Origin: Geotalea uraniireducens Rf4
GTDB taxonomy: Bacteria > Desulfobacterota > Desulfuromonadia > Geobacterales > Geobacteraceae
Direction: 5' to 3'
Assembly: GCF_000016745.1 (NCBI RefSeq)
Contig: NC_009483.1
Coordinates: forward strand, 150,001 to 182,000
Length of the DNA stretch: 32,000 nt
Part shown: positions 26,170 through 32,000 of the stretch, piece by piece
Numbering within the stretch: position 1 is the first letter of the stretch
Layout: the number at the start of each line of letters is the position of its first letter
Notes under the pieces: generated by a model
The model's database searches: none
Told to the model about the DNA's origin: nothing
Seen by the model: the letters and a program-made list of their open reading frames with translations, nothing else
Translations under genes and position numbers: made by a program

Positions 26170-28026
26170 ATGTTTCAGATTTTAACCAGAGTACTCCCAG
26201 CCTTGTTGCTCTTTTTGGCCGTTGTCAGGCCGGCGGCGGCAGAGCAGGGAATGGCCATTGATCCGGCCACATGCCTCGGCTGTCACAGCAACAAGATTTC
26301 TGCTGCTGCTTTTGCCGCTTCAGTCCATGGCAAAAACGCCTGTACCAGTTGTCACGTGGAGATTACGGACCTTACCAAGCATATGAAAGGTGAAGTCAAG
26401 GTCGGCAAAGTTCACTGCGAGCGTTGCCACAAAAAGGAGAACGCCGAACATTACAACAGCGTACATGTGCAGCACGACGTAAAATGTGCCGACTGTCACA
26501 CCGACATTCACACCCATACGTATTGGAAAAAAGACAAGCGGATTGTCGTCGCCAAATGTATCCAGTGCCACGACAAGCAGGCGGTTTACCGCACTTCTGT
26601 CCACGGCAAGGCGGTTGGGGCGGGGAACCAGGATTCAGCCGCCTGTAACGACTGCCATAATCTGCATGACATTCAGCCGTTGGGTGATCCGAAATCCCAT
26701 TCCAACCGCGAATTCCACACGAAAGTTTGCATGAAGTGCCACAGCGACGAGAAGATGATGCAGCGTAACGGCGTCTTCAACGTAGCGGTGAAAACCTACA
26801 TGGAGAGCTATCACGGCAAAAACTACCGTCTCGGCTTTCCGGAAAAGGTTGCAGGGTGCGCTGACTGCCATACTGCCCACGAGGTCCTCCCTGCCAAGGA
26901 TCCAAAGTCCAGCGTCAACCAGCAGAACCTGGTGAAAACCTGCTCCGTGTGCCACAAAAATGCATCATCTCTCTTTACCAAGTTTTACGCCCACGGCGAA
27001 CATACCGACAGGGAGAAATTCCCGATCCTCTACTATACCTTCATTGCCATGACCGGTCTTCTGGTCGGCACCTTTGCCGTCTTCTGGCTCCATTCCCTGC
27101 TCTGGATGTTCCGCGGTTTCGTGGAGAACCGTGAAAAAGCCGCAGCCATTATGGAAGGGCATGTTGAACATGTCGTACCCGAAGGGCACAAGATGTATCG
27201 CCGCTTCAAGAGACGGCATATATTCCTGCACCTGCTGGTCATCATCAGCTTCCTCGGCCTCTCGCTGACCGGCTTGCCGCTCAAGTTCAGCGACCAGGTC
27301 TGGGCCAAATTATTCATGCAGCTGTACGGCGGCTCCGCCAACGCTGGTCTGATCCACAGGATCTGCGCCGGGATCACCTTTGTCTACTTCTCCGGCGCCA
27401 TATTCCTGAGTATTCACTTCCTCTTCATCAGGAAGGATATCAGGGGGAACTTCCTGCAGAGGATGTTCGGTCCCGACTCGTTGATGCCGAACTTCAGAGA
27501 CATTAAAGACGTTACCGGCATGGTACGTTGGTTCCTGTTCCGGGGGCCGAAGCCGACATTCGAACGTTGGACATACTGGGAAAAATTCGACTTCATCGCC
27601 GTCTTCTGGGGTATGTTTGCCATCGGCGGTTCCGGCCTGATGCTCTGGTTCCCTGAGTTCTTCGGCTACTTCCTCCCGGGCTGGGCGTTCAACGTGGCAA
27701 CCATTGTCCACTCCGACGAGGCCCTGCTCGCAACCGGCTTCATCTTCACCGTCCATTTCTTCAATACCCACGGCCGGCCGGAGAAGTTCCCCATGGACTT
27801 CGTCATCTTCAACGGGCAGATGTCCAAGCATGAGTTCGTAGAAGAGCGTGGCGACCAGTGGAAACGCTATGAAGAACTCGGCATAACCGAGCAGTTCAGA
27901 GCCAAGCATACCAGCGGCATTGCCTATGACTTCATAGTCAAAACGTTTGGCTTCATGGCCGTTATCATCGGTCTGACCCTTGTTGTCCTGATGCTATTCG
28001 CCTTCCTGGCGGGTGGAACCCATTAG
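26170..28026 (+). CDS. cbcL: Inner-membrane quinol-oxidoreductase-type cytochrome: periplasmic nine-haem c domain fused to a HydC/FdnI-like b-type membrane domain (CbcL-like)
   Basis: 618-aa ORF with AGGAGG upstream and a signal peptide. It has nine CXXCH sites (CLGCH, CTSCH, CERCH, CADCH, CIQCH, CNDCH, CMKCH, CADCH, CSVCH). About 6 TM helices follow, with conserved His residues (HIFLH, LIHRI, VHSDE...TVHFFNTH) suited to two b haems. This is the architecture published for Geobacter sulfurreducens CbcL. Confidence 0.8.
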   Translation: MFQILTRVLPALLLFLAVVRPAAAEQGMAIDPATCLGCHSNKISAAAFAASVHGKNACTSCHVEITDLTKHMKGEVKVGKVHCERCHKKENAEHYNSVHVQHDVKCADCHTDIHTHTYWKKDKRIVVAKCIQCHDKQAVYRTSVHGKAVGAGNQDSAACNDCHNLHDIQPLGDPKSHSNREFHTKVCMKCHSDEKMMQRNGVFNVAVKTYMESYHGKNYRLGFPEKVAGCADCHTAHEVLPAKDPKSSVNQQNLVKTCSVCHKNASSLFTKFYAHGEHTDREKFPILYYTFIAMTGLLVGTFAVFWLHSLLWMFRGFVENREKAAAIMEGHVEHVVPEGHKMYRRFKRRHIFLHLLVIISFLGLSLTGLPLKFSDQVWAKLFMQLYGGSANAGLIHRICAGITFVYFSGAIFLSIHFLFIRKDIRGNFLQRMFGPDSLMPNFRDIKDVTGMVRWFLFRGPKPTFERWTYWEKFDFIAVFWGMFAIGGSGLMLWFPEFFGYFLPGWAFNVATIVHSDEALLATGFIFTVHFFNTHGRPEKFPMDFVIFNGQMSKHEFVEERGDQWKRYEELGITEQFRAKHTSGIAYDFIVKTFGFMAVIIGLTLVVLMLFAFLAGGTH

Positions 28027-28046
28027 GCATCATTAGTGATATAAAC

Positions 28047-28079
28047 AAAAAAAGGGTTGCCGGCGGCAACCCTTTTTTT
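28047..28079. terminator. Bidirectional rho-independent terminator between the convergent cbcL-like and lipoprotein genes
   Basis: AAAAAAAGGGTTGCC-GGC-GGCAACCCTTTTTTT is a strong GC stem with A- and T-runs on either side. Confidence 0.8.
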
Positions 28080-28139
28080 GTCTGTCGATTGTAACGTAAT
28101 TTCATATCTCCTTTATTCCCGTTAGCGTCCACCCCCACT

Positions 28140-29504
28140 TTACTGGAAAAAAACGGCCGATTCCCCCTCCGTGTAAACCTGGATGGAGATCTTATCCTTC
28201 TGCACCAGCACATCGCTGAATTTCAGGGTTTTGATGTTCCCCTTCAGAAGAACGTGATCCGCCAGTTGGACCTGCGCAATCGCTTTCCGGGCCATCTCGC
28301 GGGATTGTTCCAGTCTCTGCGTCAGATCCATATTGAGCTTCTCCTGAATCATGCTCTTGATCGTGCCGTGGAGAAACCAGTCGGCCGACTGCAATAAGAG
28401 GCTCTGGGTCTGCATATCGAAGTCCACATCTTCCACGGAAAAGATATTGGTTTGGGGATCGAAGCGAGGCTTGCCCGTCAGGTAAAATACCCCGTCCAGC
28501 GATCCTTTGGTCTCCAATTTAACCACGAACTTGTCGCCGTTGCCATAAAGGTCGAGATCTTTTATGACGATTGTTTTCCCGTCGGAATTAAACTCCTTGT
28601 TGAGAAGTAAAGGCGATGCAATCTTGAGAATATCCTTGTAGAAAAGATCTGCATTCATGGCGATACGGAAATTCCTGTCGATAGTGTTTACCAGCTTCAG
28701 ATTGGGTAGGGGAACCGGAGGCTTGGCTGCCGGTTCCGGGCCTACCACCAGTTCGGCAAAGGAGTTGATCCCCACACTCAATTTGACCCTGTTGTTCTGG
28801 GCGTACAGCGGGTAAAGCATGACCTCCCGCGGAGTCAGATTCAGCCAGGCGTTGTAGTTCCTGTCCAGCAGAACAGGTTTCTGTGCGGCGTTCCAGACTT
28901 TGGCAATCCGGGTCTTCAGCGGAAACATGTCATTGATCTTCTTGCTGATCAGATCGGAAAGCACCTTCTGCAGCGGCTGGGTAATTCCCTCCACGATGCT
29001 GCGCGGTTTTATGGAAAGCGGGCCGATCCCTATATCCTCGGCAAGCAGATCGCTCAGCCCCAGGTAATAGATATCCGTATTCAGTTTCCAGTCAGGGGTG
29101 ATCCTGGCGTTTGCCTTGAATTTCAGCTTAAGGGGAATGGTCGGCGTTTCGAACATGCCGTAGCTTAGAGACATGGTAATCGGCAGGGTAAAATAGAGGT
29201 AATTATCGGCGGCGCTTACGGCAATCGGCCCGTTTCGTACTATATCCGCGGTCAGCCCCCTGGTCTTGGTCGAACCCTTGTAAAGCTCCTTGCGGATCGT
29301 CTGGTTCAAGGCCTTACCGAGTTCGTCAGACGACGCTTCAATCGGCACGTTGAGACTGGACATCTCCTTTTTCAGCACCATGCGGAAGGCTTCATCCCTG
29401 GGCCTCTCGGCGGTCAATGACGGATTGACTCCAGAACAGGCCGACAGGGTTAATGCGAGTGATGCAAGGACAAGCGGCAAAAAGGTTTTCTTAAGCAAAT
29501 ACAT
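28140..29504 (-). CDS. Putative lipoprotein of unknown function (possibly DUF4403-like)
   Basis: 454-aa ORF with a lipoprotein signal peptide and lipobox (LALTLSAC). It has no TM segments or catalytic motifs. The DUF4403 resemblance is from memory, not a search. Confidence 0.7.
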   Translation of the reverse strand: MYLLKKTFLPLVLASLALTLSACSGVNPSLTAERPRDEAFRMVLKKEMSSLNVPIEASSDELGKALNQTIRKELYKGSTKTRGLTADIVRNGPIAVSAADNYLYFTLPITMSLSYGMFETPTIPLKLKFKANARITPDWKLNTDIYYLGLSDLLAEDIGIGPLSIKPRSIVEGITQPLQKVLSDLISKKINDMFPLKTRIAKVWNAAQKPVLLDRNYNAWLNLTPREVMLYPLYAQNNRVKLSVGINSFAELVVGPEPAAKPPVPLPNLKLVNTIDRNFRIAMNADLFYKDILKIASPLLLNKEFNSDGKTIVIKDLDLYGNGDKFVVKLETKGSLDGVFYLTGKPRFDPQTNIFSVEDVDFDMQTQSLLLQSADWFLHGTIKSMIQEKLNMDLTQRLEQSREMARKAIAQVQLADHVLLKGNIKTLKFSDVLVQKDKISIQVYTEGESAVFFQ

Positions 29505-29551
29505 AACAGGATTCCTCGCTTTTCGTGGCTTTGAATAAGATCAATTTCGGT

Positions 29552-29623
29552 GGGGCACACATGGGTGTGCCCGATCCCATGGCGCGGGCATAAAACAGGG
29601 CGGACACACAGGTCCGCCCCTAC
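29552..29623. repeat. REP-like doublet (GTGG-headed and GTAG-headed GC-rich hairpins in inverted orientation)
   Basis: GGTGGGGCACAC-ATGG-GTGTGCCC spans 29550-29572, followed by a 25-nt spacer. GGGCGGAC-ACACAG-GTCCGCCCCTAC spans 29598-29623; its reverse complement is GTAGGGGCGGACCTGTGTGTCCGCCC. It belongs to the same family as 4543-4606. Confidence 0.6.
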
Positions 29624-29790
29624 CGGAATATCAGCCGCATCAGCTCGGAAATCCTCATCACCTCGGGATAGTAGGAATGGATCACCATCGCGCCGATCCA
29701 GGCGATCAGAAGGGAAATTCCGAACGGTATCCAGGTGGTGCGGAAGACGTTGCCGATCCTGTCGGTCATGGCGTCGCTCTTTTCAGGCAT
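29620..29790 (-). CDS. Possible 56-aa single-pass membrane protein (below the ORF-track cutoff)
   Basis: My own translation is MPEKSDAMTDRIGNVFRTTWIPFGISLLIAWIGAMVIHSYYPEVMRISELMRLIFR*. It contains one clear hydrophobic helix, and a perfect TATAAT lies on the minus strand at 29836-29841. There is no convincing SD, and the stop codon lies in the REP head. Confidence 0.3.
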   Translation of the reverse strand: MPEKSDAMTDRIGNVFRTTWIPFGISLLIAWIGAMVIHSYYPEVMRISELMRLIFR

Positions 29791-29926
29791 CGGGGTACGC
29801 GAAAAATAGCACTTTTCGGCGAAACAGGCGAGTGAATTATATGTGATAAACTTAATTCAGGCGGGCGGATAGCGTTTCCTTCGTGCAGGCTTTCGACTGG
29901 CAGGATACGGAAGAAAAGGTGTCACG

Positions 29927-29966
29927 AAAAAAGTTAAAGGGGTTAGGCGATGTGCCTAACCCCTTT
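29927..29966 (-). terminator. Rho-independent terminator downstream of tRNA-Ala
   Basis: A 13-bp stem AAAGGGGTTAGGC/GCCTAACCCCTTT (29936-29948 with 29954-29966) is followed on the minus strand by AACTTTTTT. Confidence 0.6.
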
Positions 29967-29973
29967 ATTTTAT

Positions 29974-30049
29974 TGGTGGAGATGATCGGGATCGAACCGA
30001 CGGCCTATGCGTTGCGAACGCATCGCTCTCCCAACTGAGCTACATCCCC
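29974..30049 (-). tRNA. tRNA-Ala (anticodon CGC)
   Basis: The 76-nt reverse complement is GGGGATGTAGCTCAGTTGGGAGAGCGATGCGTTCGCAACGCATAGGCCGTCGGTTCGATCCCGATCATCTCCACCA. It folds as a cloverleaf with the G3:U70 alanine identity pair, anticodon loop TTCGCAA, T-loop TTCGATC and an encoded CCA. Confidence 0.92.
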
Positions 30050-30117
30050 TCTGGCAGTAAACTCATTACTTCAATCGTTTATATACAGGAAATAATGGCG
30101 CTTGAAAAGCGAAAAAA

Positions 30118-32000
30118 TCACGCATGTAAAGGAAGAATCACCGTAAATTCTACGCCTGTTCCGGGTTTGTTGTTTATGTGGATCTTGCCGCCGTGATTGG
30201 TGATTATTCTGTTGGCAATGGGGAGTCCCAAGCCGGTACCGGTATCTTTGGTCGTATAGAAGGGGTTGAAGATGTTGTTCAGCACTTCCAGTGGAATTCC
30301 ACCGCCGGTGTCTGCAATTTTTATTGAAATCGCCTTGCTTCCGTCAAGAACAGAGGGCGCGACCTTTATGTTCAAATTCCCTCCGTTTTTCATGGCTTCC
30401 TCGGCGTTCAAGAAGAGATTTATGAAAACCTGCTTCAATTGCTGACAATCACCGAGAAATGTGGCGATATTCCTGGGGAAATTTTTGTGAATCTTTATGT
30501 TCCTTTCTTTGAGTGACAGCTGGACCACTGCAAGGGCATCATTGATGATTTCGCTTATATTGCAGAGGGTGTAGCAGATGGTGGTCTTTTTTGAAAAGGA
30601 GAGAATATCGGTAAGCATTTTCTCCAGCCTCAGCACTTCCCTTACGATCAGATCGGCACATTCCCGTTCACCGGAAGGTGGCGGCAGCTTATTCGCCAAG
30701 CGCCTGGCAAAACCGCCAATTGCGACGAGCGGCCCCTTCAGTTCGTGGGCAATGCCTGCCGCCATTTCTCCGATGGTAGCCAGCCGCTCACCCTGGATAA
30801 GTCGTTCCTGCGCTTCGCACAACTCACGGTTGGTGTCTTCGACCCGGTTATAGAGGATGGAATTTTCAACAGCCATGCCTGCCTGGTTGGCAAAAAGCTG
30901 GAGGAAACGAAGATCTTCCTGGGTAATGGGGTTGCCTTGAATGGTGTTATCGACAACGATCACGCCTACGACCTGTTCTCTTGCTATGAGCGGCGCAACA
31001 GCAAAAGAGGTGATGCCGAAGCGCCGTATAAAGTCCCGATCAACATGCTTTTCCCTGGCAGCTTTGGCAACAAAAATCAGCCTTTTTTCAAGAACTGCCG
31101 CTGAAGCCACGTTTGAAGTCCTGTTCAATTCCAGACGACTGGCCATGACATGGCGGCTGAATTCGGACTCTCGCTGACGGACCATGTCATTCTCCGATAT
31201 GTCCCAGCGGCTTGCCAATATGTCTTCAATCTCGGCAAACGGGGTGATCAGACCTGTGGATGTTTCCCTTGTTACCCCCAGCATCCCCTGCATGACACAG
31301 GAGCGCTCGTTTATCAAAAAAAGCATGGCGCGGTCAAAAAAGGGGTTTGCACCAGAGGTCAGAGCGGACAGGATCAGGTGTATCAGCTTGTTGAGTTTGA
31401 TGGTGGAGAGCATGGTGTTGCTGACGCGGTAGAGCAGGGATAGTTCTTTGATCTTTTTATCGTTCTCGGCCGAGAGGCTCGACAACTGCTGAAAGTTGGC
31501 GGCGCCGGCCAGCGCGTTGGAAATGAGCAGGGCCATGCTCTCAAAGAGAGCGAGGTCCTCCTCGTCGAAGGTTCTGCAATGGCCGTCATCGTCACGTTTG
31601 CCGAAAAAAGTCATGGTGCCCAGCGTATCCGTTTCGAAATGAAGCGGTACACAGACGTAAGAGGGGGGGAGTTTCCCCTCGGAACCGACGTCGCCGGCCA
31701 GGTGCGGAATGTTGCTGCTTAAAACCTGTTCGGAACAACTTTTTTCGATTTGCAGCAGATCCTTCAGATACGGCCTGAGTTTGTGCCGGCAGGATTTAAA
31801 CAATCCGGCCGGCAGCCCGCTCGTTCCGGTAAGTCTGACCGTCGTGCAGCAGGAAACGGAAAGTTTGTTGCACGCCTGAAGGACCAGAGGAATAAGGTCC
31901 TCCGGTGGGATGAATCGATTGAGTAGCTGACCCAATTCGCTGAGAACGGTCAAATCCCGTACGGTCCTGTTCGATACGGACGAAAGGCAGATGCCCTGAA
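30118..32000 (-). CDS. Cytoplasmic GAF-domain sensor histidine kinase (5' end probably outside the window)
   Basis: H-box AAGIAHELKGPL, N-box NLFLNAEEAM, G1 DTGGGI and G2 GTGLGLPIA are present, with GAF-like repeats upstream. The frame stays open from the TTG at 31953 to the window edge, so the N-terminus is likely truncated. No response regulator is visible. Confidence 0.85.
   Translation of the reverse strand, partial: QGICLSSVSNRTVRDLTVLSELGQLLNRFIPPEDLIPLVLQACNKLSVSCCTTVRLTGTSGLPAGLFKSCRHKLRPYLKDLLQIEKSCSEQVLSSNIPHLAGDVGSEGKLPPSYVCVPLHFETDTLGTMTFFGKRDDDGHCRTFDEEDLALFESMALLISNALAGAANFQQLSSLSAENDKKIKELSLLYRVSNTMLSTIKLNKLIHLILSALTSGANPFFDRAMLFLINERSCVMQGMLGVTRETSTGLITPFAEIEDILASRWDISENDMVRQRESEFSRHVMASRLELNRTSNVASAAVLEKRLIFVAKAAREKHVDRDFIRRFGITSFAVAPLIAREQVVGVIVVDNTIQGNPITQEDLRFLQLFANQAGMAVENSILYNRVEDTNRELCEAQERLIQGERLATIGEMAAGIAHELKGPLVAIGGFARRLANKLPPPSGERECADLIVREVLRLEKMLTDILSFSKKTTICYTLCNISEIINDALAVVQLSLKERNIKIHKNFPRNIATFLGDCQQLKQVFINLFLNAEEAMKNGGNLNIKVAPSVLDGSKAISIKIADTGGGIPLEVLNNIFNPFYTTKDTGTGLGLPIANRIITNHGGKIHINNKPGTGVEFTVILPLHA

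Noticed and set aside
29550-29846. A 98-aa plus-strand ORF (MGHTWVCPIPWRGHKTGRTHRSAPTG...), and the similar ORF at 4534..4821.
   Set aside because: Both begin inside REP-like palindromes and translate them into Arg-rich sequence. The second one runs antisense into livF. These are classic repeat-derived false ORFs.
28140-30117. A genomic island integrated at tRNA-Ala.
   Set aside because: No integrase, no direct repeat of the tRNA 3' end and no compositional break were seen. The neighbours are a lipoprotein gene and REP elements only.

Overview
This 32-kb window looks like a chromosomal segment from a Geobacter-type (Desulfuromonadales) bacterium. Coding DNA is moderately GC-rich and the intergenic islands are sharply AT-rich. 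All calls come from reading the ORF translations and the DNA by eye; no searches were run.

Left third (12-13171): a minus-strand operon encodes a LivK-like binding protein, LivHMGF-type ABC importer subunits, gabD and a ~1000-aa large glutamate dehydrogenase. It sits downstream of a PAS/sigma-54 enhancer-binding regulator and is divergent from gabT. Together these form a closed GABA-to-succinate loop. The operon has a good -24/-12 promoter, and an ATTATGCA motif is shared by both regulatory regions.

Middle (13494-19574): a 2026-aa secreted multihaem protein is the most unusual object in the window. It has a CBM-like and FN3-like head followed by about 30 CXXCH and about 14 CX3-4CH sites, arranged as repeated [CX4CH-CXXCH-CXXCH] triads. 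It contains a 2 x 1074-bp tandem duplication and has its own sigma-54-type promoter.

Right third:
- glmS and glmU, separated by a structured intergenic spacer
- a hypothetical gene plus a B12/radical-SAM gene
- a CbcL-like gene (nine-haem c domain fused to a b-type membrane domain)
- a lipoprotein gene
- REP-like doublets with GTAG/GTGG heads
- tRNA-Ala(CGC)
- a GAF sensor histidine kinase that runs off the window edge

I saw no CRISPR array, transposase, integrase or rRNA. Most other long ORFs in the track are codon-aligned antisense shadows of the real genes.
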